From NCBI GenBank assembly GCA_965203325.1, contig OZ241875.1, forward strand, positions 640,001-704,000: a DNA stretch of 64,000 bases, read 5' to 3'. The position numbers were made by a program, and so were the translations under genes. Of the stretch, positions 31,020-40,860 are shown one piece after another; within the stretch, counting starts at the first letter, position 1; every line of letters begins with the position of its first letter. Below the pieces are notes generated by a model. The model saw only the letters and a list, made by a program, of their open reading frames with translations, was not told where the DNA came from and ran no database searches. The stretch comes from a bacterium. Its GTDB lineage: Bacteria > UBA8248.

Positions 31020-31313
31020 GGGCAATTTCCCTCATCACCGAGAAGCCACGAACTCTCCTACGGCGGCGTGATGACGCCGGAACTCATCAAAACGCGCATG
31101 CCGAGGCAGACGGCCCTCTTTGAACTCACGGTCGGTAAGGACGGGATAGCGGACCTGGGTTTCGTACCAGCCTTGATTGACGATGCCGGCAATTCCGGCC
31201 TGGTCGAAGGCGAGAGAGCCGAAGAGGTAATCGACTTGGTGGAGAGGCTCTCGGCGGAGTTCGCCACCCGGATCACCTGGAGGGACGGCATGGGGAAAAT
31301 TGTTTTGGGATAG
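31020..31313 (+). pseudogene. C-terminal remnant of a CapA/metallophosphoesterase-like gene
   Basis: Ends F.PA.ID..G.....GE....V...V.RLS..F.T; an upstream GNF lies in another frame; no credible start. Confidence 0.45.
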
Positions 31314-31346
31314 AAGGCTTTGCGCCATAAGCGATGAGGATTGGCA

Positions 31347-32135
31347 ATGGACATGGGTCTGGAGGGGAAGGTTGCTCTCGTCACCGGAGGGACAAGCGGG
31401 ATTGGAAAGGCGACGGTCTTGGCCTTGGCGGACCAAGGTGTGAAGGTCGCCTTCTGCGGCCGGAATCAAGCCCGCCTGGACGCCGCACTTAAGGCGGTGG
31501 AGGAACAAGGCGGCGTGGGGCTCTCGCTACGTGCGGACATCAGCGTGGAGGAGGAAGCCTCGGAGGTTGCGTCCCGTGTGGTCGAGTCATACGGGCGGCT
31601 GGACATCCTCGTGAACAACGCCGGCCGCGCGGCGCCGAGTACGTTTTCCTCGCTGACGTCGGCGCAGATCCGAAAGACCGTGGACACGAAGATCGTCGGT
31701 TATCTCGTGATTTCGCGCGAGGCGGCGCATTTTATGAAAAAACAAGACAGGGGACGGATCATCAACATGATCGGAGGAACCGGGAAGGAACCCCTGCCCG
31801 GCGTTTTGGGAGGAAGCACGACGAACGCAGCGCTCCTGGGCCTGAGCAAGGGTCTCTCCCAAGCCTTGGTCAAAGACAATATCCTGGTGAACACGATCTG
31901 TCTGGGGCAGATCGATACGCCCATGCAGGACTGGATGACGGAGCAACTTGCCGAAGAACGCGGGATGTCGATCGACGAGATGCGCCGGGCTCGTGAATCG
32001 CAGATTCCCCTCGGGCGATTCGGCGCTCCCGAAGAGGTGGCGGGGCTGGCGGTGTTTCTGGCGTCGGTTCACGCAGGCTACATCACGGGAGCGACGATCA
32101 ACGTCGATGGTGGAAAATTCCACTCGATTGTCTGA
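31347..32135 (+). CDS. Short-chain dehydrogenase/reductase (atypical, lacks YxxxK)
   Basis: TGGTSGIG, NNAG, PLGRFG.PEE, VDGG. Confidence 0.9.
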   Translation: MDMGLEGKVALVTGGTSGIGKATVLALADQGVKVAFCGRNQARLDAALKAVEEQGGVGLSLRADISVEEEASEVASRVVESYGRLDILVNNAGRAAPSTFSSLTSAQIRKTVDTKIVGYLVISREAAHFMKKQDRGRIINMIGGTGKEPLPGVLGGSTTNAALLGLSKGLSQALVKDNILVNTICLGQIDTPMQDWMTEQLAEERGMSIDEMRRARESQIPLGRFGAPEEVAGLAVFLASVHAGYITGATINVDGGKFHSIV

Positions 32136-32363
32136 ACATCTGCGCGCTGCCACTGGGCAAAACAATCGAAAATAGGGTGGAAAATGCCTCAAGTTTCCAG
32201 CCGATTTTTGGACGTTAGCTTTCGCGTGTTTTCAGGCAGTGGGGAGTTTCCAGCGGGGGTGAGGTCTTTGTAGTTTGTTGAAGCTTTTGGAGATATTTGT
32301 TTTTTCGAGTTTTGATTCAAAATCGTATTTTGAAAATTGCAATCAAACCGAAAGAGGATCAAT

Positions 32364-32735
32364 TCAAAGGTCGGCGCGAACCTGCGCGTCGCTATTGAGA
32401 GCGCTTGTATTCAATAGCGGGTGATAGCTCTTCGCCATCTCGTCGTTGAACACGCGGCAAAGCTCCGCGCCGAGAGCCGACTCCGCCCAATAGACCATCG
32501 GCGGCCCCAAGGAGATGACCTGCATGTCCACCGCCGAGGCGGCCATCTGCTCCAGGCGAACGTCGAGGTCGAAAAAATCGGGGGAAAAAGTGAAGAACTC
32601 ACGCCCCGCCACAAAGAGCTTGCGCTCTCCGCCCGCGCCCTCTCTCCTGACCTCTATGGGGGGTTTATCTCCTTGCCCTTCGATGAGGTCCAGGAAGCGC
32701 TCCGGGTAGAAATGCGCGTGGGCGTCGATTCTCAT
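32364..32735 (-). pseudogene. Truncated amidohydrolase_2 (ACMSD-like), N-terminal third only
   Basis: MRIDAHAH ... D.QVIS ... FNDEMA, then similarity stops at an inverted repeat; TGATG coupling to the upstream gene. Confidence 0.7.
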
Positions 32736-33664
32736 CAAGTGCTCAAAGCCCGGTAGACGTTTCTCACATTCCAGGGCATCCACTCCGGGTAGCGGGGAAG
32801 ATGTTCGTAATCGGCGAGCCGCACGCGCGCGACCGCTTCATCCTCGCTCATGCCCGTTCCAAGCGCGTCTGCGACACCGCCTCGAAGAGCAGCGAGCATG
32901 TCGCGGAAGTCGGCGATCTCCTTCAAGCCCGCAGGCTTTCCGTGGCCCGGAATCACCTGCTCTACGTTCAGCGCCAAGACGTGGTTCAGCGCCGATATCC
33001 ACCCGTCTACATCACCGTCCCCCAGCCACGGGAAGCGGCCGACGAAGAGCAGATCGCCCACGAATACGATCCCGTCCTCGGGGAGGTAGGCGATGACGTC
33101 CCCGTCGCAGTGGGCGGGACCCCCGTACTCCAGGACGATAGTGCGCCGATCCAGATGAAAAGTGAACGAATCCGCGAAGGTCTGGGTCGGCGGCGCGGCA
33201 ATGTAGGTTGCGTATTCGGGCGAGCCGAGACGGCCCCGGAACCACTCCCATGCCGGATCTTCGGCGGGAATGAGCTCCGTGATGTTGGGCCCGAACATGC
33301 ACGTGACTTTCGTTTGGAAATCGGTGAAGAAATCGCCCCTTTGTACGCCTGTGCCCAGCACCTCGCGGAATTTCTCCAGCGTAGTCTCGTGCGCGAGAAC
33401 GGGGGCGTCGGAGGCGAATACCGAACCTCCCGCCGAGTGATCGAGATGGTAGTGTGTCAGCGCGAGACAGAAAAAGGCTAGATCGCCCGTCGCCTCCAGC
33501 GCGGCGCGGAACTTTTCCGCCAGCGGAACATGCTGCTGGGCATCGAGGACTATCCAGCCCCCGGGCGTCAAGAACGCGCCCGCGTTCGAGTCTCCGCCTT
33601 CTCCGATGAACGCGTAGATGCCCTCGGCGAGGGGGATGAGTCCTGCACCCGAATCTTTCGCCAC
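32735..33664 (-). CDS. MBL-fold metallo-hydrolase (cyclase-like)
   Basis: THYHLDH, AHC.GD, GDL, PGHG. Confidence 0.88.
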   Translation of the reverse strand: MAKDSGAGLIPLAEGIYAFIGEGGDSNAGAFLTPGGWIVLDAQQHVPLAEKFRAALEATGDLAFFCLALTHYHLDHSAGGSVFASDAPVLAHETTLEKFREVLGTGVQRGDFFTDFQTKVTCMFGPNITELIPAEDPAWEWFRGRLGSPEYATYIAAPPTQTFADSFTFHLDRRTIVLEYGGPAHCDGDVIAYLPEDGIVFVGDLLFVGRFPWLGDGDVDGWISALNHVLALNVEQVIPGHGKPAGLKEIADFRDMLAALRGGVADALGTGMSEDEAVARVRLADYEHLPRYPEWMPWNVRNVYRALST

Positions 33665-33937
33665 TTTCAATCCCCCTTTCCCGCCGCGCTTTGCGGACCG
33701 GCGCGCCAAGCCCTTCTTGCGGAAAACGGCGTCTTCCGCCTCGAAGATGTCGAACCGCCATAATCGACCTTGAAATCCGTTTGCCGGGGCGATGTTAATA
33801 TGAAACGGTCGTGATTTGGAATCTCCCAGACGAAATTACATCCATATCATTCCCTCGCATTTACGATAGTGGAAAAAGAGAGAATGTATGTATGATGGTG
33901 GAACTGAGCGGGTCTGTGCGTGAATGAAATTTTGAAT

Positions 33938-33980
33938 AATTCGATAAAATCAGATAAATTCACGGGGTTATTCGATAAAT
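33938..33980 (+). repeat. Dispersed 43-bp AT-rich repeat, copy 2
   Basis: Identical to 14539-14581. Confidence 0.9.
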
Positions 33981-34150
33981 TCCTGCAAATTAATTTCCTG
34001 GGATATGACGCCGCGAAATCCGGACGCAGGGGAATTCTGCCATGGCCCGCGCCTTCTGCGATGACGGCAAATGCGGGGAGTTGCGGGGGGCGGACGCGCT
34101 TATAGTAAAACATACGATAAGCAACATAACTATTTGAAAAGGAGAGCGTT

Positions 34151-34513
34151 TTGGACTGGATAGGGGTGGGTCTTCTGGTATTGGGCGCGGTCGTGGGCAC
34201 GCTGAACGCGGCCACCGGCGTGGGCTGGGGCATCATCATGGTGCCCACGCTGTTCCTCATTCCCTCGCTCACGCCCCAACAGGCGGTGGCGGTCTCGATT
34301 CTCGCCTATCTGTTCAACTCGCTGGTCGCCTCGTTCGAGAACGTGAGAGGCGGGCTAATCGTCTGGAATTACGCGGTTTATCTGAGCATCGGGGCCATCA
34401 TCGGCGGCGTAGTGGGCGCGCATCTGCTGCAAACCTTCTCGGCGCTGACGCTCAAGAGAATCGTGGGCGTTCTGGTGATCGCCGCGGGCGCGAACCTGCT
34501 CATCAACCGCTGA
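34151..34513 (+). CDS. Half-size sulfite exporter TauE/SafE family protein
   Basis: G.G.GII.VP.L, QQAVA.S, G...GA; about 4 TM. Confidence 0.75.
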   Translation: MDWIGVGLLVLGAVVGTLNAATGVGWGIIMVPTLFLIPSLTPQQAVAVSILAYLFNSLVASFENVRGGLIVWNYAVYLSIGAIIGGVVGAHLLQTFSALTLKRIVGVLVIAAGANLLINR

Positions 34514-34516
34514 AAC

Positions 34517-34541
34517 AAAACCCCCCGGGAGCGGGGGGTTT
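34517..34541. terminator. Hairpin/terminator after the TauE-like gene
   Basis: AAAACCCCCCGGGAGCGGGGGGTTT. Confidence 0.55.
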
Positions 34542-34782
34542 CATGGTGCGCACGCTTCATCGGTTCATATCTGCCTTCAGATAGAGGCAGAAAAATCAAA
34601 GGTTTCGCCTGATTCGGCTCATGTGATTCATCGGCCCGCTATCCCAGCAGCGTCCTCTTCATCCACATGAAAACCCGCGCCACGGCGGAGAACAACCCGC
34701 CGACTCAGGTGGGGCAGGCTCCCTGCTCTGGCGGCGTTTCATGTCTTTCATCCACCGGCTTCGGCGTGCGGGTCTCCAAGGT

Positions 34783-35136
34783 TCAGCCCTCTCCTTCCTG
34801 CGAGCTCCCGGCGCGCTCGGGGGCGATATCGTAAAGATAATCAAACGAATAGATGCCGGCCCCGCATCCGCCGCGCCAGATGAAGTTGAGGGCGTAGCGC
34901 CCCACCATCTCGACGTTTTCGAGCTCAGTCGGCCCACTCGGCCCCGAGAGAACAACGAGGGGGTTTTTCTCGCGCGCCTTGCGCTCCTCCTTGCAGTTCG
35001 CGCACGGGCAAAGAGCCGCGAGGTAATCGAAGCCGTAGGCGCTCTTCTCCCCGCTCGCCCACTCGACGCGAAACTCGCGGGCGGGCTTGTCCACCGTGAG
35101 ATCGACGGGATGGGCCTTGTCGACCGGCGCGCTCAT
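34783..35136 (-). CDS. DUF971 / GBBH-like N-terminal domain protein
   Basis: CPCANC, VGRYAL.F.W, GIYSFDYL. Confidence 0.85.
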   Translation of the reverse strand: MSAPVDKAHPVDLTVDKPAREFRVEWASGEKSAYGFDYLAALCPCANCKEERKAREKNPLVVLSGPSGPTELENVEMVGRYALNFIWRGGCGAGIYSFDYLYDIAPERAGSSQEGEG

Positions 35137-35170
35137 GAGACGCCGGCCTCGTGATGGCGTTTACGGCGCA

Positions 35171-35830
35171 TTATCTCGCCTTCATCCCGTACTTCTCATA
35201 CTTCTTCGATGAGGCGGTGCTGAGCTTGGCGGATTGGGGCGTCTTGAGTTCGAGCAGCCAGGGCCGCTCAGCCGATGTGGCCCGCACGGCGTCCAAGAGG
35301 CCCTGCTCATCGCCTTCGCTCTCCCAATCGCCTTCTTCGAGCTTCACGAAAACGGGCTTGCCCTCGCCGAAATCGAGCGTGGGAACGCCGAAAATGCCCT
35401 GTTCAGCCGCATCCTCATGCTCTTGCGCGATGAGGGGGATGGTGGCGCCGCTTTTCATGTCCTCCTCCCAGCGATCGACGTCGAGGCCGACTTCCACGGC
35501 GATATCGCGCAAAACCAGTTCACTGGTGATGTCCTTGCCGTCGCGGTGCCTCGCCCGGTGGAGCGCCACGTGGTATTTGTCGAACTGGGTCTCGCCCTGC
35601 AAAGCCGCGCACTTGGCCGCTTGATGCGGGGGAAGGTCCCTGCTCGGGAAGGTTTTGTCCTCCCAGGCCTTCCAGTCCTCGCCGCGCGCCGGGCCGAAAT
35701 TCGCCTGTTCGAGCACGAAGGCCTTGTAATCCACTTTCAGATCGCTTCTTTTCTCCTGAAGACGAACGAGCCACTCCATGGCCCGGTAGGCGTAGGGTCA
35801 GACGTAGCAGTTCCACATGGTGACGTTCAT
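35171..35830 (-). CDS. DsbA/FrnE-like thioredoxin-fold protein, candidate selenoprotein (in-frame TGA at codon 11)
   Basis: AAGGAG RBS, then MNVTMWNCYV-TGA-PYAYRAMEWL... in frame with ORF 35171..35779; GIFGVPT cis-Pro loop. Confidence 0.8.
35767..35785 (-). other. Candidate bacterial SECIS hairpin
   Basis: CGGGCCAT-GGA-GTGGCTCG, 13-31 nt after the TGA. Confidence 0.55.
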
Positions 35831-35939
35831 GATTTTCTCCTTAAAAACGAGTTATCAAAGAGCATGGCGCGCTAATGATACACCACAAACTCGCAGATGA
35901 AAAAGCAGAGCAAAATCTTTTGAAAGTAGACGTTTCTCG

Positions 35940-36539
35940 CTAGTTTTCCGGCGTGAGCGCCTTGTTCAGCAATGCTTCCGCGCCCGCATTCAGGGAAAGC
36001 TCCCTGGCGGCTTCCTGCCCGCGCGCGGACATTTTCACCCAAGTTTTCCGCAAGATGCCGATGATTTTCTCCTCATCATGAAGCCGGGAGAAATCCCAGA
36101 AGTAGCTCTCCAAAAACACCAGACAGGCGACGTCCTCAAGCGTCTGGGTTTCCGGGTTTGATTTCAAGCCCTGCTTTTTCAAAAGCATACGGACTTGGGC
36201 TATCGTTTCCTCATCATAACCCACCTTTTTGAGAATCTCGGCCGCTTTCTCTCCATGATAGTCATAAAGGCGGATCCGCCATTGGTGGTATCCCTTCCGA
36301 CCCAGTGGATATTCCGAACGTGGAATCTCCCATCTGCGTATGTGTTGGCTCCGCACAGCCAGACGAAGAGCCTCTGAGGCTTGCGGCTCGATGGTTTCGA
36401 GCCATTTCGTCATTCTCATCGAATACAAAAGCTCTTTGGGATAATCTTCGCCCTCGAAACTCTCGGTGTTCGGATCCTCGGAATTTGCCTCATCGATGAG
36501 ACGCAAAGCATCTTCAAAACGTTTGGGATCTTCACTCAT
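35940..36539 (-). CDS. DUF4202 family protein
   Basis: ID.AN..DP, ELLY..RM, QHI.RW.IPR..YP, LEDVACLVFL. Confidence 0.85.
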   Translation of the reverse strand: MSEDPKRFEDALRLIDEANSEDPNTESFEGEDYPKELLYSMRMTKWLETIEPQASEALRLAVRSQHIRRWEIPRSEYPLGRKGYHQWRIRLYDYHGEKAAEILKKVGYDEETIAQVRMLLKKQGLKSNPETQTLEDVACLVFLESYFWDFSRLHDEEKIIGILRKTWVKMSARGQEAARELSLNAGAEALLNKALTPEN

Positions 36540-36716
36540 GATTTACACCTTCTCAGTTGCAATAAGCATTCACCAGAATCACTCCAGACAAGACTACTCA
36601 AGAATAAACGCCTGCTCGGGTTGACAAAAGCAAGAAAGTAAAATATTTTCCACAAAAAGTTAAGTATTTTACTTAACAATAAAAAGTAAAAACTGAATTT
36701 TATACGGGAATCTCTG

Positions 36717-37526
36717 ATGTATCAAGGAAAAGTACAGATTGTGGGAGCAGGTCCGGGGGACCCGGACTTGCTGACACTCAAGGCAGTGAAAGCTCTCTCA
36801 AACGCAGACTTGGTGGTTTATGACCGTCTCGTGAACCCTGAGATTCTTGAGCTTTGCCCGGAAAACTGCCAACTCGTCAATGCGGGAAAATCCAGTGGTC
36901 GACACACCATGAGCCAAGATGACATCAACGAAGCTCTAATCCATTTCGCCCATCACGGTTATCAAGTGGTGCGTCTAAAAGGCGGGGACCCTTTCGTTTT
37001 CGGCCGTGGCGGCGAGGAAGCGCAAGCACTGGCCAAAGCCGGTATTGATTTTGAAATCATACCAGGCGTCAGTTCCGCCCTGGCCGTGCCCGCCTATGCC
37101 GGAATACCCGTCACCCACCGAAACCTCGCCTCGTCGTTTACGGTCGTAACAGCCCATGAAGACCCCGGAAAACCAGAAACGCAAGTGGATTACGCGCATC
37201 TGGCAGAAAACAAAGGAACACTCGTTTTCCTCATGGGCGCGCGTTCCATCGGACGCATATCAGCCGCTTTGATGGAAAACGGCATGTCGAAAGACACGCC
37301 CGCCGCCATCATTGAAAATGGAACCACAAACAGGCAATTGGCCTACCGCTGCTCTTTGGGAGAAGCATCTAGCCTCGCACAACGCGAAGAAATATCCCCA
37401 CCCGCTGTTTTTCTCGTCGGACCCGTCGCCGGCCTTGAAGACCTCGTTTGGTTCGAGGCCGATGAAAGTCAAGAAATTTCCTGGCGCTGTCCCACGGAAG
37501 AATCCCTGAGCAAAGTCATTTCGTAA
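36717..37526 (+). CDS. cobA: Uroporphyrinogen-III C-methyltransferase
   Basis: GAGPGDPDLLT, VYDRLV, VRLKGGDPFVFGRGGEE. Confidence 0.95.
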   Translation: MYQGKVQIVGAGPGDPDLLTLKAVKALSNADLVVYDRLVNPEILELCPENCQLVNAGKSSGRHTMSQDDINEALIHFAHHGYQVVRLKGGDPFVFGRGGEEAQALAKAGIDFEIIPGVSSALAVPAYAGIPVTHRNLASSFTVVTAHEDPGKPETQVDYAHLAENKGTLVFLMGARSIGRISAALMENGMSKDTPAAIIENGTTNRQLAYRCSLGEASSLAQREEISPPAVFLVGPVAGLEDLVWFEADESQEISWRCPTEESLSKVIS

Positions 37527-37597
37527 ATGTCGGGCTTTGGCCCGGACCATAATTCATCATCCAATATGTGCACAGTTGTTCATGTAAGGAGTAAGTG

Positions 37598-39397
37598 ATG
37601 CATGAAGAATCACGAAAACCATTGTCTCGGGAAACAGGCGTCATTCCTGTGATCCCCGAAGAATTCGATGATTTTGAAACACAAGCCACCAGATTCCGTA
37701 ATGGAGAGCTAGATAACGGTGAGTTCCTCCCCTATCGCCTCAGGCGCGGCGTATATGGCCAGCGTCAGGCGGACGCACAGATGGTGCGCGTGAAAATCCC
37801 TTTCGGCGGTCTGAGCGCTTCCCAACTCGAAGCCCTGGGGCGCGTATCGCGCGATTACGTGCCATTGGGAAAAGGCCATGTGACGACACGGGAAAACGTG
37901 CAGTTTCATTTCGTCCCTCTCGACCAGTCCGCCGATGTCCTGAGGCTTCTGGGCGAAGTGGGACTTACCACGCGGGAAGCATGTGGAAATTGCGTAAGAA
38001 ACGTCACTGGCTGTCCCTATGCGGGCGTTTGCAAGGACCAGGTTTTCGACGCCACGCCCTACGCAGGCGCGTTTGCGCGTTACTTCGTCCGTAAGGATTT
38101 TACCCAGGACCTGCCGCGCAAATTCAAGGTGGCGTTCTCCAGTTGCGCTTCGGACTGTGTGGTCGGCGGAATTCATGACATCGGTTTCATTCCCGTTATC
38201 AAGGAGATGGAAGGAACTCCCGTACACGGCTTCAAGATGCTCGTCGGCGGCGGCCTCGCTACCTTCGCGCGTACCGCCGAAGTGCTTTACGAGTTTGTTC
38301 CGGTATCCGACTTCCTGAGGGTGAGTGAAGCCCTCATCCGGGTTTTCGACCAGGCGACTGAACTTCGCAAATCCCGTTTCAAGGCGCGCATCAAGTTCCT
38401 CGTAAGCTGGATTGGGATAGACGGGCTGCGCGAACGCGTCGAGGATGAGCTCAAGAAAGATTGGGCGAAAGAACCCGTCAGTCCCGAACCCTACCTTTGG
38501 AATGACGATGAAGAAACCGACGCCCCTCCCGTCTTGAATACCCTGAACGGGGCGGGGGCCAGCCCGAACGGCGACTCGGCGGATTATCACGCCTGGAGAA
38601 AAACGAACGTCACCGCGCAGAGACAAGAAGGTTATTTCGCTGTCGATGTAAAACTCCCATTGGGGAACATCCTTACGGATCAGTTCTTCTCTCTGGCCGA
38701 CCTCACCCGACGTTTCGCGAGAGGGCGCGCAAGAACGAGTTTCGAGCAAAACCTCGTGCTCAGATGGGTGCGCGAAGGCGAGCTTTACCCCCTCTGGAAA
38801 GAACTCCAACGCATCGGGCTCGCCGAAAAAGGCGCACGGGAGATATCCGACGTGGTTTCCTGCCCGGGAACGGATTCATGCAAACTCGGCATCACTTCCT
38901 CTATGGGCCTGGCCAACGCCATACGCGAAACACTGCGGGAAGTTGACCAAGACCCATTCACGCGGGAGATGCACATCAAGATGAGCGGTTGCCCGAATTC
39001 TTGCGGACAACACCACATCGCCAACATCGGCTTTCACGGGGGGACGCTCAAAGCGAACGGCGTGATGCTGCCCGCTTATGAAATTTTCCTAGGTGGCCAA
39101 TACGATAGTACCGATGGAGAAATCCGCATCGGCAAACGCATCCAGGTTCGGATTCCCGCAAAACGCGTTCCCGCCGCGCTCAAGAAAATGCTGTCCCACT
39201 ACCAGGAAAACAGAAGCGAGGGCGAGCGGTTCAACGAGTTTTTGGATCGTGTGGGCAATGCGTCCTTTGAAGATTTGCTGCACGAGTTTCACCTTGCCGG
39301 TCAGTTCAATGACGAGCCCGATTCTGATTTGTTCATCGACTGGAGTCAGGACAGGCAATACGTTCTGGAGAGAGGAGAAGGCGAATGCCTAGCCTAG
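37598..39397 (+). CDS. Siroheme-[4Fe-4S] nitrite/sulfite reductase
   Basis: TTRENVQ, LPRKFK, CPGTDSCKLG, SGCPNSCGQH. Confidence 0.9.
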   Translation: MHEESRKPLSRETGVIPVIPEEFDDFETQATRFRNGELDNGEFLPYRLRRGVYGQRQADAQMVRVKIPFGGLSASQLEALGRVSRDYVPLGKGHVTTRENVQFHFVPLDQSADVLRLLGEVGLTTREACGNCVRNVTGCPYAGVCKDQVFDATPYAGAFARYFVRKDFTQDLPRKFKVAFSSCASDCVVGGIHDIGFIPVIKEMEGTPVHGFKMLVGGGLATFARTAEVLYEFVPVSDFLRVSEALIRVFDQATELRKSRFKARIKFLVSWIGIDGLRERVEDELKKDWAKEPVSPEPYLWNDDEETDAPPVLNTLNGAGASPNGDSADYHAWRKTNVTAQRQEGYFAVDVKLPLGNILTDQFFSLADLTRRFARGRARTSFEQNLVLRWVREGELYPLWKELQRIGLAEKGAREISDVVSCPGTDSCKLGITSSMGLANAIRETLREVDQDPFTREMHIKMSGCPNSCGQHHIANIGFHGGTLKANGVMLPAYEIFLGGQYDSTDGEIRIGKRIQVRIPAKRVPAALKKMLSHYQENRSEGERFNEFLDRVGNASFEDLLHEFHLAGQFNDEPDSDLFIDWSQDRQYVLERGEGECLA

Positions 39398-39837
39398 AAG
39401 AACAATTGGAATTTCTGGACGAGGCGTCCGAGGATCAGGTGAAAATCGCTGTTTTGCTCGTCGGTCACGGCAGCCGAGCCCAAAACGCCAACGAAGCGCT
39501 TTTCCGCGTCGTGGACCATTTTCAAAAAGCATGGCCGCATCGCATATTGAAGGCCGCATTCCTGGAGATCAGTCACCCCTCCATTCCTGAGGGAATCGAC
39601 TTGTGCGTAGCGAAAGGAGCTGAAAGAATCATCGTCATCCCTTATTTTCTTTTCAGGGGCAATCACGTTAAAGAAGATTTGCCCGTCTTCATCAAAGAAT
39701 GCCGGAGGAAATACCCGGATATCGACGTCATTTTGGGCCCGCATCTCGGCTTCCATCCCAAGATGATCGAGATCGTCGACGAGCGAATCCAGCAAGTGCT
39801 CGATACCCTAAAATTCGAGGAGAATGCGCTCCCATGA
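39385..39837 (+). CDS. Sirohydrochlorin chelatase (SirB/CbiX-S)
   Basis: VGHGSR, AFLE, PYFL..G.H...D.P. Confidence 0.88.
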   Translation: MPSLEEQLEFLDEASEDQVKIAVLLVGHGSRAQNANEALFRVVDHFQKAWPHRILKAAFLEISHPSIPEGIDLCVAKGAERIIVIPYFLFRGNHVKEDLPVFIKECRRKYPDIDVILGPHLGFHPKMIEIVDERIQQVLDTLKFEENALP

Positions 39838-40808
39838 CCGACCAAAACGGATCCGCCCGCCCCATCGCCATTTATTATGAACATCCCGAGTGGTTCAAAA
39901 AGCTTTTTGAGGAACTCGACAGAAGGGATGTGGCATATGAAAAAATAGAAGCCTACAACCATCGCTTCGATCCAACCGAAACCGAATCGCCTTATACGCT
40001 GATTGTAAACAGGATGAGTCCATCTGCATGGGCGCGCGGGCATACCCATGCGATTCCCTACACGCTCGAGTATTGCGCGCACCTCAAGGCGATTGGCGCC
40101 AATGTGATCAACGGCTACAAGGCCTATCTCCATGAATTCTCAAAAGTGCGTCAAACCCGCCTGCTTAACAGTCTGGGCGCCAACCACCCGAGGTCACGGG
40201 TGATCAACCACCCCTCCCAGGCCCCGGCGGCGGCCGAGGGGTTCAGTTTTCCCATCATCACGAAAGCGAATATCGGCGGGAGCGGAGCCGGTATACAAAA
40301 ATACGACACGCCTGAAGAACTCCAACGAGCGGCGGATGAAGCGAGCATCGATTTCGGCATCGACAATGTGGCGCTCGTTCAGGAATACATCCCGCCGCGT
40401 GGAGATCAAATCGTCCGGGTCGAAGTTTTGAACAGCAAGTTCCTTTATGCGATTCAACTGGCGTTGGTGGACCCGAATTCCTTTAATCTCTGCCCGGGCA
40501 GTTACTGCCGCCGCAACGAGGAGGTCGCATGCGGGGTGAACGGCAGAAACGCTTTGATTGAGAAGGTCACACCACCAAGAGAGGTAATCGATACAGTCGA
40601 GAAAATCATGCAAACAGCCGGGATAGAGGTCGGCGGCGTAGAATATCTGGTCAGCGACAAGGATGGAGAAATATATTATTACGACATCAATGCGCTCTCC
40701 AATTTCGTGGACGATGCGCAAAATCTCATCGGTTTCGACCCTTGGCCGCTGATGGCCGACTTCATTCTCGATCGCGTGCAGCACCCTGCTCCGGCTCTAA
40801 GTATTTAG
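39834..40808 (+). CDS. ATP-grasp (RimK/GshB-like) ligase
   Basis: K.NIGGSGAG, QEYIP, YDINALSNF; ATGA coupling to the chelatase gene. Confidence 0.8.
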   Translation: MTDQNGSARPIAIYYEHPEWFKKLFEELDRRDVAYEKIEAYNHRFDPTETESPYTLIVNRMSPSAWARGHTHAIPYTLEYCAHLKAIGANVINGYKAYLHEFSKVRQTRLLNSLGANHPRSRVINHPSQAPAAAEGFSFPIITKANIGGSGAGIQKYDTPEELQRAADEASIDFGIDNVALVQEYIPPRGDQIVRVEVLNSKFLYAIQLALVDPNSFNLCPGSYCRRNEEVACGVNGRNALIEKVTPPREVIDTVEKIMQTAGIEVGGVEYLVSDKDGEIYYYDINALSNFVDDAQNLIGFDPWPLMADFILDRVQHPAPALSI

Positions 40809-40860
40809 TGCTCAGGCCAAAGCGCTTTGATGGGCCTACATACTTTTCTATAATGGGGGC

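Noticed and set aside
30705..31020. 5' half of the 202-aa ORF as a real protein
   Set aside because: Non-coding-like composition; only the 3' part resembles a protein
34511..34513. Sec readthrough at other terminal TGAs (TauE-like gene, 28461, 46536)
   Set aside because: They fall at natural C-termini, followed by a terminator-like hairpin, intergenic sequence or a coupled start
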